A stretch of DNA of 64,000 nt from Treponema sp. Lineage in GTDB: Bacteria > Spirochaetota > Spirochaetia > Treponematales > Breznakiellaceae. The stretch covers positions 1,796 to 65,795 of the forward strand of contig JAITJS010000031.1 of the NCBI GenBank assembly GCA_031278815.1. Direction: 5' to 3'. Positions 8,804 to 19,133 of this stretch are shown here, piece by piece; the stretch's first letter is position 1, and every line of letters begins with the position of its first letter. Position numbers and translations under genes: made by a program. The notes below the pieces were generated by a model. That model did no database searches. It saw nothing but the letters and a program-made list of their open reading frames with translations, and was not told the DNA's origin.

Positions 8804-10606
8804 ATGGAATTTAAAGAATTAAACCTACATCCCGACCTCCAACGGGGTATCGCTGATGCAGAATATCAGGTTTGTACCTTAGTGCAGGAACAAGTACTTG
8901 CCAACGCCTTTGGAGGCCAAGATCTTTATGTCCAATCTCAGACCGGGACCGGTAAAACCGCCGCATTTTTAATAGTTATCTTCCAGCGCCTCCTCAGCGA
9001 ATCCCTTTTAAAAGGAAAAAAGGGGCTCATCATGGTGCCTACCAGGGAATTGGCGATTCAGGTGGAGGAAGAGGCCCGGATATTGGGAAAATACTTGCCC
9101 TTTAAGGTGGGAAGTTTTTATGGAGGAGTCGGATACGGCGCACAACAGCAATTACTCAAGGATAATGTGCAGATCCTCGTGGGAACCCCAGGTCGGGTCC
9201 TGGATCTGAATCAATCCGGCCAGATGAACCTCATGGACATCGCCTTCTTGGTGCTGGATGAAGCGGATCGTATGTTCGATATGGGCTTTTACCCGGACTT
9301 ACGGAAGCTCATCAAGGTGGTTCCTCCAGCGGATCGCCGGCAAACCATGCTGTTCAGCGCTACGTTGAATGCCTGGGTTAAGAATTTGGCCTGGGAGTAC
9401 ACGAAATCCCCCTATGAAATAGAAATTGCCCCGGAAACCGTCACCCTGGATGAGGTTGAGCAAGTCCTCTACCATGTACCGACCAAGGACAAGATGAAGC
9501 TGCTGCTGGGCATCTTCCAACGGGAGCAGCCGGAAAGCGCCATCGTCTTCTGTAATACCAAGCGACAGACGGAAATCGTGGCACAACGATTACAGCACAA
9601 CGGGTTTACCTGTGAATTTATCATCGGCGATTTGCCCCAATCAAAGCGTTTCAAGATTATTGATGATATTAAGGCCGGCCATATCCGGTATCTGGTGGCT
9701 ACTGATGTGGCTGCCCGGGGACTTGATATTGAGGGGCTTGCCCTGGTGGTCAATTACGAGCTTCCTGTGGAAGCGGAAAACTACGTGCACCGTATCGGAC
9801 GAACCGCCCGGGCAGGGAAGACCGGCAGGGCCATCGCCCTGGTGGGCGAACAGGATGTGTATGAGCTGGGGGATATCGAGAAATACATCGGGAAGAAGAT
9901 CCCCGCAGCAATAGCAGAGGAAGGGCTGTATGCCCAGGATACCAGTGAAGATATGAGGTTTCATAGTACGGTTATGGAAAAATACGAGCGGTCCCCAGAA
10001 GACCGCAGAAGGGACAGGAGCCCGAAGCAGCAGGAGGAAGCAAGGAGACGGCGAACCGGGGAACGGGGTAATCGTTGGAGCAAGGAGGGCAGCCGTGAAC
10101 GGAAAGGACCCTGGGGGAAAACGGCTTCCCGGCGATCCGCTTATAAAGCCGCAGGACCAGTGCTGAAGAAAACCGAGGATACAGACTATCAGGACCTGTC
10201 CTCTCTTTCCTTTGAAGAACGAATGGCCTATTACAAGCAAAAATACGAAAATCGCAAATCCCCTTCAGGAACTAAAGCCCCGCTCCGGGAAGCAGCCCTC
10301 CCATACGGCAATTCGGATAATCCTAAGTCCCGACGATCCCGGTCCAGGAACGATAAGCCGGCTAAGGTTTCCGGGAAGAGCGGTGAAGGGTTGCGTAGGG
10401 ATACGGGGCAAGCCATTACGAGGCGGTCCTCGCCGCAGAATCGTGCCCTGAACGAGGCGGTTCCTCCCTCACCGGCCGTGGCATCAAAGCCTCTATTCCC
10501 AGAAGCCACGGAGCCTGGATCCGTGGTACCGGTAGGTGCTGCAAAAGAAGGTATTATTGCCCGTATGTTGAGCCTATTTAATAAAAAGGCCAAAAAGGAG
10601 TCCTGA
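8804..10606 (+). CDS. DEAD-box ATP-dependent RNA helicase with a long basic C-terminal tail
   Basis: Q-motif region, SQTGTGKT (motif I), LDEAD (motif II), FSAT (motif III), HRIGRTARAG (motif VI), and a ~200-aa Arg/Lys/Ser-rich tail. Confidence 0.9.
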   Translation: MEFKELNLHPDLQRGIADAEYQVCTLVQEQVLANAFGGQDLYVQSQTGTGKTAAFLIVIFQRLLSESLLKGKKGLIMVPTRELAIQVEEEARILGKYLPFKVGSFYGGVGYGAQQQLLKDNVQILVGTPGRVLDLNQSGQMNLMDIAFLVLDEADRMFDMGFYPDLRKLIKVVPPADRRQTMLFSATLNAWVKNLAWEYTKSPYEIEIAPETVTLDEVEQVLYHVPTKDKMKLLLGIFQREQPESAIVFCNTKRQTEIVAQRLQHNGFTCEFIIGDLPQSKRFKIIDDIKAGHIRYLVATDVAARGLDIEGLALVVNYELPVEAENYVHRIGRTARAGKTGRAIALVGEQDVYELGDIEKYIGKKIPAAIAEEGLYAQDTSEDMRFHSTVMEKYERSPEDRRRDRSPKQQEEARRRRTGERGNRWSKEGSRERKGPWGKTASRRSAYKAAGPVLKKTEDTDYQDLSSLSFEERMAYYKQKYENRKSPSGTKAPLREAALPYGNSDNPKSRRSRSRNDKPAKVSGKSGEGLRRDTGQAITRRSSPQNRALNEAVPPSPAVASKPLFPEATEPGSVVPVGAAKEGIIARMLSLFNKKAKKES

Positions 10607-10609
10607 TCG

Positions 10610-12250
10610 GTGATCACGATTAGCGATGTAAGCCTCAGCTATGGAGAGCGGGCCCTCTTCAAGGATGTCAATCTCAAATTCACCCCGGGCAACTGTTATG
10701 GGATCATCGGCGCCAATGGGGCAGGAAAATCCACCTTCTTAAAAATCCTTGCCGGGGAAATCGAACATGACCGGGGGACCATTACAGTCAGTTCAGGGGA
10801 GCGTATAGCGGTTCTGAAGCAAGACCACTTTGCCTTTGAGGACATTTCGGTCCTGGAAACGGTGATCATGGGGTATCCCAAGCTCTATGCCATTCAAAAG
10901 GAACGGGAAGAGATCTATGCCAAGGAAGATTTTTCCGAAGCAGACGGTATGCGGGCCAGCGAACTGGAAGGGGATTTTGCCGAATTGGGAGGCTGGGAGG
11001 CAGAGGCCCAGGTAGGACAGCTCCTGTCTGGACTAGGCATTGACGAAGCAGACCAGGGCAAGCTGATGGCGGAATTGGACGAATCCAAGAAGGTCCGGAT
11101 CCTCTTGGCCCAAGCCCTGTTCGGCAACCCGGACATTCTTCTTTTGGACGAGCCCACCAACGGCCTGGACCTGGAATCCATCAGCTGGCTTGAGGGTTTC
11201 CTCATGGATTTTTCCAACACGGTGATCGTGGTTTCCCATGACCGGCATTTTCTCAACGCGGTCTGTACCCACATCGGTGACATTGATTTCGGAAAAATCA
11301 CCCTCTATTCAGGAAACTACGACTTTTGGTATCAGATGAGCCAGATGCTCCAGCGCCAGGCCCGGGATCAGCTGAAGAAACGGGAAGAAAAGGCCCGGGA
11401 ACTCAAAGAATTCATCCAGCGCTTCGCCTCTAATGCGGCAAAGAGCCGTCAGGCCACGAGCCGCAAGAAGGTTCTGGAGAAGCTGGACCTGGAAAACCTC
11501 ACCGTAACCAGCAGGAAATTCCCCTATGTAGGGTTCAAGCCGGATCGGGAGATTGGGAACAAGGTGCTCCAAGTGGAACACCTGGTATGTAGCAGTGCAG
11601 GGACCGAAGTGCTTAACAACCTTTCCCTCACCATCAATAAAGGGGATAAGATAGCCTTTGTAGGGACCGAACATCAGGCCAAAACCGCGTTTTTTGATTG
11701 CATTGCGGGGGTACAAAAGCCTGAGGCAGGATCCTATGCCTGGGGGCAAACCACCAGCTTTTCCTATTTTTCCAAGGAAAACAGCTCCTGGTTTACCGGG
11801 GAGCTTTCCATTACGGATTGGCTCAAGCAATATTCCCCGGATCAGGATGATACCTACGTGCGCAGCTTCCTAGGACGGATGCTCTTTTCCGGGGAGGAGG
11901 CCCTGAAGCCGGTGCAGGTACTTTCGGGAGGTGAAAAGGTCCGGTGTATGCTGGCCCGGATGATGCTTTCCGGGGCCAATGTCCTCATCTTGGACGAGCC
12001 TACCAACCACCTGGACCTGGAAGCCATCACCGCCCTCAACGAGGGCCTTTTGGCTTTCAGCGGGGTGGTGTTGTTTAATTCCCATGACCATGAATTCGTC
12101 CATTCTCTGGCAAACCGCATCGTGGAAATCCTCCCGGCAGGTCATACCCCCATCGACCGGATGATGCCCTTTGAGGATTACCTTAAGGATCCATTGATTA
12201 AAGTCCTGCGAGCAGCAGCTTCGGATCCGACAGGCCGCTTGATGATCTAA
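10610..12250 (+). CDS. ybiT: ABC-F family ATPase, YbiT-like
   Basis: Two NBDs without TM domains: GANGAGKST, ILLLDEPTNGLD, inter-domain RQATSR linker, LSGGEKVR and LILDEPTNHLD. Colinear with E. coli YbiT as I recall it. GTG start. Confidence 0.8.
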   Translation: MITISDVSLSYGERALFKDVNLKFTPGNCYGIIGANGAGKSTFLKILAGEIEHDRGTITVSSGERIAVLKQDHFAFEDISVLETVIMGYPKLYAIQKEREEIYAKEDFSEADGMRASELEGDFAELGGWEAEAQVGQLLSGLGIDEADQGKLMAELDESKKVRILLAQALFGNPDILLLDEPTNGLDLESISWLEGFLMDFSNTVIVVSHDRHFLNAVCTHIGDIDFGKITLYSGNYDFWYQMSQMLQRQARDQLKKREEKARELKEFIQRFASNAAKSRQATSRKKVLEKLDLENLTVTSRKFPYVGFKPDREIGNKVLQVEHLVCSSAGTEVLNNLSLTINKGDKIAFVGTEHQAKTAFFDCIAGVQKPEAGSYAWGQTTSFSYFSKENSSWFTGELSITDWLKQYSPDQDDTYVRSFLGRMLFSGEEALKPVQVLSGGEKVRCMLARMMLSGANVLILDEPTNHLDLEAITALNEGLLAFSGVVLFNSHDHEFVHSLANRIVEILPAGHTPIDRMMPFEDYLKDPLIKVLRAAASDPTGRLMI

Positions 12251-12283
12251 GCTTATGCAAAAAAAGAGTATATTAGAATCATC

Positions 12284-13156
12284 ATGTCCATACCGTGTTA
12301 CCCCGAATGGGTACCCATCAGTTTTGCATTACAAGCGGAAATACAAGATCGGCTCTTCCAGATTCCTGACGGAGTTTCAGAATATACCTTTGCCAATCTC
12401 TATTTGTTCAGAAAACGGTATCAGTATCATATTGCCTTACATAAGCATAGCCTCATCATTTCTGGAGAACGGGAGGGAAAGCGCTTTTTTATGAGTCCCT
12501 GCGAGGTGCCTGAACAGGAGGTGGTGATGGAACTTTTCAAGACCCATGATTACTGGAAAGGGATCCCCCAGTCGGTATTGACCGCGAACCAGGATCGGCT
12601 CTTGCAGTGGGGGATTGAAATCACCGAGGATCGGGATAATTTTGACTACCTGTACCTGAGAACCGATCTTGCCCAATTACCGGGGAAGAAGTACCACAAG
12701 AAACGGAACTTAGTCAACGCCTTTCGCAATGCCTATACCCATGAAGAGCAGCCCCTCAGTGTAGAACTCCTTCCCCAGGCCATGATGGTCCTGGAACGGT
12801 GGCGACAGGACAAGGGGGAGGATGGGGATTACCATGCAGCCAAGGAAGTCTTGGAACTATTTACCCTGCTGGGTATGCAGGGGAGCATCTATTATATAAA
12901 CGGACAACCTGCAGCGTGGTGTTTAGGAGAAGCCTTGGCCCAAGGCCGGATCTTTGGCATTCATTTTGAGAAAGCCATTGATGCATACAAGGGAATTTAT
13001 CAATTTATGAATCAGACTTTTGCGGCGTCCCTATCAGAGCACTATACCTATATTAACCGGGAACAGGATCTGGGGGATGAAGGGCTTCGTCAGGCGAAAA
13101 TGACCTACCGTCCTTGGGGGTTTGTACGCAAATATACCGGTCATTACAAGCCGTGA
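12284..13156 (+). CDS. Stand-alone DUF2156 protein (homologous to the C-terminal synthase domain of MprF/LysPG synthase)
   Basis: The ~290-aa size and the FDYLY...LPGKKYHKKRNLVNAF segment are characteristic of DUF2156. No TM flippase domain. Confidence 0.6.
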   Translation: MSIPCYPEWVPISFALQAEIQDRLFQIPDGVSEYTFANLYLFRKRYQYHIALHKHSLIISGEREGKRFFMSPCEVPEQEVVMELFKTHDYWKGIPQSVLTANQDRLLQWGIEITEDRDNFDYLYLRTDLAQLPGKKYHKKRNLVNAFRNAYTHEEQPLSVELLPQAMMVLERWRQDKGEDGDYHAAKEVLELFTLLGMQGSIYYINGQPAAWCLGEALAQGRIFGIHFEKAIDAYKGIYQFMNQTFAASLSEHYTYINREQDLGDEGLRQAKMTYRPWGFVRKYTGHYKP

Positions 13157-13243
13157 AAAAATGTTCGACTTACCCAGTACATGCCGGACTGGTGGTTTTC
13201 TCAATTGATTTATTCGCTACAATAGTGCATAGTAAAATTAATC

Positions 13244-14623
13244 ATGGATGAAAATTATCAATCAACTCTATCTGAAGCCTTACAAAGTCAACAAGAATAT
13301 ATAGAAAAATCAATATTCCTGAGTTTAAAAGAAGATCTCCGTATGTTCTATGACGCCTTTCATACCCTGTATGGTATGCTCCTCTCCAAAGGCATGGTCA
13401 AGGAAGATCCCTATAAACAGGATATCAAGATTGGGGAAATTCAGGTACCTGAAACTGCGGCATTCTCAGATGGGGAAAAAGATAAACAGCTTACTATCAG
13501 GCTGTCCAACTATGATGTACAACTTGACGTATTGGTGAATTTTTACCAGTTTACTACCACCTATTTTACCCTGGACCGGATCAAGCGGGTCTTGGATCTC
13601 ATAAAATATATTGATTGGCTCAATCTTGCTCCCGCTTCTTCATCCCCCATCACCCGGGTAATGGCAGAGATAATCAATCAGTTACGGACGGGAGCCGAGG
13701 CCTTTGGGGTAGGGGGTATCATAGGGCTCACCCAGCGTTTAGCCAAATTGAGCCGTTCGGTTCTGGGTTCTTTAAAGGTCCTCGTTGATTTTAACCGGGA
13801 AGTGTATAAACTGGAAGTACGAAGGGCCATAAGCAGCCGTATACCTCAGGGGCAAAGCCCCTCGGTAGGGGACATCAAGAAGCACATGGCTATTTCTATG
13901 CCAGGTAAGCCGGTGTATACTGAATTGCTCGAAGAATTGATAAAAGAAGACTATTCACCTCTGGGTCCAGCATTGCGGGAACAAGTCCTTAAGTCCCTGC
14001 AGGTTGTTGAGGATAAGCCAAAGACCAGTACTCCCGATGTCCCAATCAGGCATTTCCTCGTTGCAGGGGTTCAGGTCATTAGCGCTCTTGCTCCGATCCT
14101 TCAGGAAATAGGGGAAAAATTAGATGCCAATGCAGCGATTCTTGCCAACCGAAAGATCGGTTTGTGGGAGAGGCTTAAGCGGTTCTGGGATAAGTTAATG
14201 AACAAGGAACCAAAACCGACCATATATAAAGTAACCTATCAAGGCGCCGGATCCGATCCGATCATAGAACCGGTCAATTTTAATCAGTTACGCACTAAGC
14301 TTGATAGCAGGGCAAAACAATTTTTTGATACCCAGAGTATGCCACTGGAAAAGATCAACGCCCTGCCGGATGAGCAGCTTATCAGTTTCCTAGAACGGGG
14401 AATCCGGGATATCCAGTCCCTCTATAAAGTATTAAACGCGGTGGATGATTATTTTAAGCAGGCCATTGATCCGAATGAGCGCAATCAGATAAAGGGTATA
14501 AAACCGGAACTTTCTACCTTGAAAAATACCTATATCAGGGCAAACCACCAGTGTTCTGACTATACACTCCTTAAGGAAGAGGCAGAACAACTTAAAAAGT
14601 TGGGTATTACGGGGAATGGTTAA
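13244..14623 (+). CDS. Hypothetical protein, 459 aa, largely helical/coiled, AT-richer than its neighbours
   Basis: Long uninterrupted ORF with coding-like composition. No motif recognised. Confidence 0.6.
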   Translation: MDENYQSTLSEALQSQQEYIEKSIFLSLKEDLRMFYDAFHTLYGMLLSKGMVKEDPYKQDIKIGEIQVPETAAFSDGEKDKQLTIRLSNYDVQLDVLVNFYQFTTTYFTLDRIKRVLDLIKYIDWLNLAPASSSPITRVMAEIINQLRTGAEAFGVGGIIGLTQRLAKLSRSVLGSLKVLVDFNREVYKLEVRRAISSRIPQGQSPSVGDIKKHMAISMPGKPVYTELLEELIKEDYSPLGPALREQVLKSLQVVEDKPKTSTPDVPIRHFLVAGVQVISALAPILQEIGEKLDANAAILANRKIGLWERLKRFWDKLMNKEPKPTIYKVTYQGAGSDPIIEPVNFNQLRTKLDSRAKQFFDTQSMPLEKINALPDEQLISFLERGIRDIQSLYKVLNAVDDYFKQAIDPNERNQIKGIKPELSTLKNTYIRANHQCSDYTLLKEEAEQLKKLGITGNG

Positions 14624-14667
14624 GGGTGTATGATCGATAAAAGTCCTATAAGGTAACAGGTGTATAT

Positions 14668-16416
14668 ATGAAAACCTTCACAATCAGGGATCGAGGTTTC
14701 ACGGCGATCTTCGTATCTATTATTATGTTGAGCTCAGGATCCTGCAAAAGCACTGCTATACGGGAAGAAGTGACGCCGGTACCTGTGGAATCCCATGAGC
14801 GTCTGGTAGATCAGGGGCAAGTCCCCCAAGGGCCGGATTTTGCGGAAACCCGGCCCCGGTCGCAGGTTCGGGACCAGCTTACGGTAACCTTTTCCAAAGG
14901 GGACCTGGAATTGGATTTCCGCAAGTCCTATCTTGCCTATGAAGCCCAGCTTTTTACCGGACTCTATGAGGGCCTTTTTTCCTACCACCCCTTTACCATG
15001 GAACCGGTTCCTGCGCTTGCAAGCCAATGGGAGATCTCAGAGGATAGAAAGCAGTGGACCTTTACGATCCGGGAAAATGCCAAATACCGGAACGGCGATA
15101 GGGTGAGGGCAGAGGATTTCCGGGCGGCTTGGATCTCCCTTTTAGATCCTTCGGCGAATTCCCCTTATTCATCCTTATTTGATATTATCGAAGGGGCCAG
15201 GGAATACCGGACAGGGCGGCTCCGGGACCCAAGGCGGGTCGGCATTAGGGTCAATGATGAACGAACCCTGGTGGTAAGGCTCAACACCCCGGCATCCTTC
15301 TTTCCGAGTATGCTCTGTCATCATTCTTTTAGTCCCATTCACCCGTCTATGCTGAACCAAGAAGATTGGTCCCTGGCCTCTCCGATTTCTAATGGGCCTT
15401 TTTATATTGAGGAATATAGCCAGGATCGTATGGTCCTGGCTAAGCATGAACTCTATTGGGGTGCGAAAAATGTCGCCTTGGATAAGATCATCCTGAGGTT
15501 TACCGAAGATGGGGATGAAGCCGCAGCCTTGTGGAATTCCGGGGAAACCCGGTGGATTTCCGGGGAGGTGAACCTGGAAACCCTTACGGACCGTAGCGGG
15601 ATCATGGTCAATCCTATGTTTGCCACCCACTATTATTTTATTCGGTCCGCGGAAAAGCCCTGGACGGATTACCGGATTCGCCGGGCCCTTTCCTTGGCCC
15701 TGCCCTGGCAGCAAATCCGGGAGGGACATATACTTCCGGCGAAAACCCTGATCTACCCTATTCCGGGATACCCCCAAGTAGAAGGCTTGGAGAGTACGGA
15801 TATGGAAGAGGCCCAGCGGCTTTTGGTGGAAGCGGGGTTTCCCAAAGGGGTGGGACTTCCGGATCTGGTCATCAAGCTGACCCCTTCTGCAGAAGCCGCT
15901 CGTATCGGGACCCTCATGGCGGGGGTTTGGATGGAAAAGCTGGGGGTTCCGGTAAAAATCAGCGTGATTCCCTACCATCAATACTTTCAGGCACTGAAAC
16001 AGAACGACTATGAGGTAGGCTTTTCCACCTGGATCGGAGATTTTGCCGATCCCTATACCTTCCTTCAGATGTGGCGTAGCGATTCCAATCTGAATGATGC
16101 CCAGTACAATGACACGGATTATGAAAACTTGATGGACAAGTCCATGACCGAGGATGGGGAACAACGCTGGGCAACCTTAGCGGAAGCGGAAAAACTCCTC
16201 TTGGACCGGGGTACGGTGCTTCCCATTTCCTATAGTCCGGCTATAAACATCGTGGACACGGACGAACTAGACGGGTGGTTTCCCAATGTCCTGGATATTC
16301 ATCCCTTTAAGTACTTATCCTTCAAGGCTTTTAAGCCCTTACCGGGGGTAACCCAAGCCCCCGGGCCAACGAGCCTCCAAAGGGGGTTTAAAGCCCCTGT
16401 AGGGCACTGGTGGTAA
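14668..16416 (+). CDS. ABC transporter substrate-binding lipoprotein, family 5 (OppA/DppA/NikA-like)
   Basis: Signal peptide with lipobox-like LSSGSC, ~580 aa, and SBP_bac_5-type sequence (YNDTDYENL, TLVVRLNTP, FADPYTFL). Confidence 0.8.
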   Translation: MKTFTIRDRGFTAIFVSIIMLSSGSCKSTAIREEVTPVPVESHERLVDQGQVPQGPDFAETRPRSQVRDQLTVTFSKGDLELDFRKSYLAYEAQLFTGLYEGLFSYHPFTMEPVPALASQWEISEDRKQWTFTIRENAKYRNGDRVRAEDFRAAWISLLDPSANSPYSSLFDIIEGAREYRTGRLRDPRRVGIRVNDERTLVVRLNTPASFFPSMLCHHSFSPIHPSMLNQEDWSLASPISNGPFYIEEYSQDRMVLAKHELYWGAKNVALDKIILRFTEDGDEAAALWNSGETRWISGEVNLETLTDRSGIMVNPMFATHYYFIRSAEKPWTDYRIRRALSLALPWQQIREGHILPAKTLIYPIPGYPQVEGLESTDMEEAQRLLVEAGFPKGVGLPDLVIKLTPSAEAARIGTLMAGVWMEKLGVPVKISVIPYHQYFQALKQNDYEVGFSTWIGDFADPYTFLQMWRSDSNLNDAQYNDTDYENLMDKSMTEDGEQRWATLAEAEKLLLDRGTVLPISYSPAINIVDTDELDGWFPNVLDIHPFKYLSFKAFKPLPGVTQAPGPTSLQRGFKAPVGHWW

Positions 16417-16432
16417 GGCATCGAAGCGCTCC

Positions 16433-16717
16433 CTACTTCAGGTCTTTGTCGCTTTGGAGCCAAACCCACAAGATAAGTGAGGGCGCTTCACAGGATGGAG
16501 GAACGAAGGGACGTACGCCGCTACCCCCAAACGCCTCGCCAGTCCAAAGCATGGTGAGGCTTCCCCTCCAGCCTACACCGTAGAGTCCCTCGTCAGTTCC
16601 GATGATAAGGGCCCAAGTCTCCTTGGCAGGTTTTGTTTGCCCTGAAACTGGAAAGGGAGAAAGCACATACAAAAAAGAACAGTATGCTGCTATAGAAACA
16701 AATTTTTTAGAAACCAT
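16433..16717 (-). CDS. Possible small secreted protein or 5' remnant of a larger gene
   Basis: The internal Met gives MVSKKFVSIAAYCSFLYVLSPFPVSG (signal-peptide-like) followed by WALIIGTDEGLYGVGW. It sits in a 680-bp stretch with no other convincing ORF. Confidence 0.25.
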   Translation of the reverse strand: MVSKKFVSIAAYCSFLYVLSPFPVSGQTKPAKETWALIIGTDEGLYGVGWRGSLTMLWTGEAFGGSGVRPFVPPSCEAPSLILWVWLQSDKDLK

Positions 16718-17100
16718 GCGATAAATCCCCAAACGGTAACCCACGAAACTCCCCGTTCCTCGGTCGCAAACACATACCTGTCTGATGCGGCTTTTTCAAA
16801 ATCCGACCTTTTGAAAAGACTTTTAATCATACTATAAAACACGCCATGAAAAAAGCATGAAACAGCGCAATGCAGGATACCCCCCCCTGTGTTTTCTCTG
16901 AAACAGCATGCAAAGCAACAGTGATGTAACCTTGGCCATTTTACCACAAACCGATTGAGGTAGGATGTATGGGTCGGCATAGCATGTACGATACATCTCC
17001 CAGGAATGGCTCCCCGATACGCCATGAGCGGATTTGACTTTATCCTTAGCAGTTAATATCTTAACCGTAAAGCACTTTAAATTTCAGAGGTTTTATATCT

Positions 17101-18459
17101 ATGAACAATAACAATATCGCGCTTATGGAACAAGAGCGTCCGGCTCTCGCCATTATTCGGCTTGCCTTACCTATGATGCTGGCTATGATTGCCCAGATGG
17201 TTTATAATATGACCGATACCTTTTTTATCGGACAAACCGGAGATCCGAATATGGTGGCAGGGATTTCACTGGCCATGCCGCTCTTTATCGTTTCCCAGGG
17301 GGTGGGGAATATTTTCGGCGTAGGGGCGTCAAGCTATATTTCACGGCTTCTGGGGGCGCGAAAGGGTAAAGAGGCAAAGCAGACCTGTTCGGTGGCCTTT
17401 TGGACAACCTTTGGCATGGGGCTTTTAATCACGGTGGTGCTGTTTCTTTTCAGGAAGCCCTTTTTGCGTGTCAGTGGGGCAAGCGAGATAACCTTTCCTT
17501 ATGCAGACAGCTATTTTTCCATCATTAACGCATTTATCGCGGTGGCGCTCCTCAATATTTCGCTTTCCGGTCAAATGCGAAGCGAAGGCGCCACCGCCAA
17601 AGCAACGAAGGGTATGCTTATCGGCATTGTGCTCAATATTATCCTTGACCCCCTGTTTATTCTTGCGCTGGACTGGGGTGTCGCCGGCGCGGCATGGGCC
17701 ACGGTCATCGGGACGATTGCATCGGTGCTTTATTACGGTCTTCATTTTACTTCCCGCGGTTCACTCTTGTCCATAAGCCCTCAGGACTTTAAACCGAACC
17801 TCCGCCTTTACGCGGAAATCTTGAAAATCGGTATTCCTGCGGCGCTCTCAAACATCGCGATGACGATCTGCTTTGTTTTTAGAAACCGGGTTGCCTCAAG
17901 CTACGGTGATTTTGTCGTTGCCGGAAGTGGTATCAATCAGCGGGTGGGTTCTATTAGTTTTATGCTCATTATGGCGCTTGCGATGGGATACCAGCCTTTC
18001 GCCGGGTTTAACTATGGGGCGAAAAACTTCGACCGGCTCAAGGCAGGGTTTCACATCACGATGCTCTATTCGACCCTTTTATCTTTGTTTTTTACCCTTG
18101 TTTTTGCTTTTGGAGGCCGGGACATTATTACCCTTTTTATCCGCGATACTGCCACTATAGACGCGGGAACAAAACTGCTGCACGCAGCCCTATGGTCATT
18201 ACCCTTTGTCGGCCTTCAAATGACGATGATGGTAACGTTCCAGGCGCTGGGGAAGTCGGTACTAGCGACCATCGTAACCCTGGGACGGGATTTTCTTTTT
18301 TATCTTCCCCTCCTTTTTCTTTTTAATAGTCTCTGGCAATTTAACGGGTATATGTATTGTCAGCCTGTTGCCGACGGACTTACAACAGGTATCGCGCTTG
18401 CTTTGAGCACCCGTTTGTTCAGACAATTGAAGCATGGAGATAAAGGAGCAGTACCATGA
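17101..18459 (+). CDS. MATE family efflux transporter
   Basis: 452 aa and about 12 TM segments. The N-terminal LALPMMLAMIAQMVYNMTDTFFIGQ is typical of MATE/NorM proteins. Confidence 0.85.
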   Translation: MNNNNIALMEQERPALAIIRLALPMMLAMIAQMVYNMTDTFFIGQTGDPNMVAGISLAMPLFIVSQGVGNIFGVGASSYISRLLGARKGKEAKQTCSVAFWTTFGMGLLITVVLFLFRKPFLRVSGASEITFPYADSYFSIINAFIAVALLNISLSGQMRSEGATAKATKGMLIGIVLNIILDPLFILALDWGVAGAAWATVIGTIASVLYYGLHFTSRGSLLSISPQDFKPNLRLYAEILKIGIPAALSNIAMTICFVFRNRVASSYGDFVVAGSGINQRVGSISFMLIMALAMGYQPFAGFNYGAKNFDRLKAGFHITMLYSTLLSLFFTLVFAFGGRDIITLFIRDTATIDAGTKLLHAALWSLPFVGLQMTMMVTFQALGKSVLATIVTLGRDFLFYLPLLFLFNSLWQFNGYMYCQPVADGLTTGIALALSTRLFRQLKHGDKGAVP

Positions 18460-18950
18460 AGGATAACCTCAAGCAGGATTTGTTACATGCACTTTTTTAC
18501 TTTAAAAAAGCAACGGCTGCTATTTCCCGTTTCCTGGTGAATGCCGAGGGCGGCGGGCTCTCGGTTACTGAGCTTTCCGCCCTCAACTGCATTGAGTACT
18601 GCGATGAGAAGGACTGCGATACGGCAGAAGCTTCACATCTGGCGGATCAAACGACACATCACGCAATGCATGAAACCCTGGCGGTTTCAAAAGCAGCGGT
18701 CAGCCAAATGTTGGGCAGCCTCGAAAAGCGGGAGTATATCCAGCGTGAGACAGACCGTGATAACCGGCGCAAAATTATTATCACCGTGACGGAAAAGGGG
18801 AAGACTGCAGTTACCAAAGGGAAGCAGCAACTGGACGCCCTAATGTCGTGCATTATCACGCGATTGGGCCAGGAGGATGCGCGGCATTTCGTGCGGCTGC
18901 TGGACCGTTTTGCGGAAGTTGTGGAAGAGGAAGTCCGCAAGGTTGACTGA
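18456..18950 (+). CDS. MarR family transcriptional regulator
   Basis: 164 aa with a winged-helix segment (VSKAAVSQMLGSLEKREYIQRETDRDNRRKIIITVTEKG). ATGA overlap with the MATE gene. Confidence 0.8.
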   Translation: MKDNLKQDLLHALFYFKKATAAISRFLVNAEGGGLSVTELSALNCIEYCDEKDCDTAEASHLADQTTHHAMHETLAVSKAAVSQMLGSLEKREYIQRETDRDNRRKIIITVTEKGKTAVTKGKQQLDALMSCIITRLGQEDARHFVRLLDRFAEVVEEEVRKVD

Positions 18951-19133
18951 GGCAGGATTGAAGTCCGCCGGGAAGGGCGCAAAAGTGATAAACGCCGCTC
19001 ATATACCAACATGGACGACTGCAAGGAGTACCTTCGATACGCCGGCCGCAGGCGTATTAATTTATTGATCTGTAATGAATTAGGAATTACCCTGGGTTTA
19101 TCCTAAAAAATCTTACCCCTCCTTAGGACCGTT

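Noticed and set aside
9641-10240. 199-aa minus-strand ORF inside the DEAD-box helicase gene
   Set aside because: Antisense to a gene with all helicase motifs. No independent start signals or motifs.
15175-16164. 329-aa minus-strand ORF inside the family-5 binding-protein gene
   Set aside because: Shadow ORF. The plus-strand product has a signal peptide and family-typical sequence, while the minus-strand product is Pro/Gly/Arg-rich noise.
16690-17025. 111-aa minus-strand ORF in the gap before the MATE gene
   Set aside because: Cys/His-rich odd composition, no RBS, and it overlaps the neighbouring weak ORF. I treat it as part of the decayed region rather than a gene.
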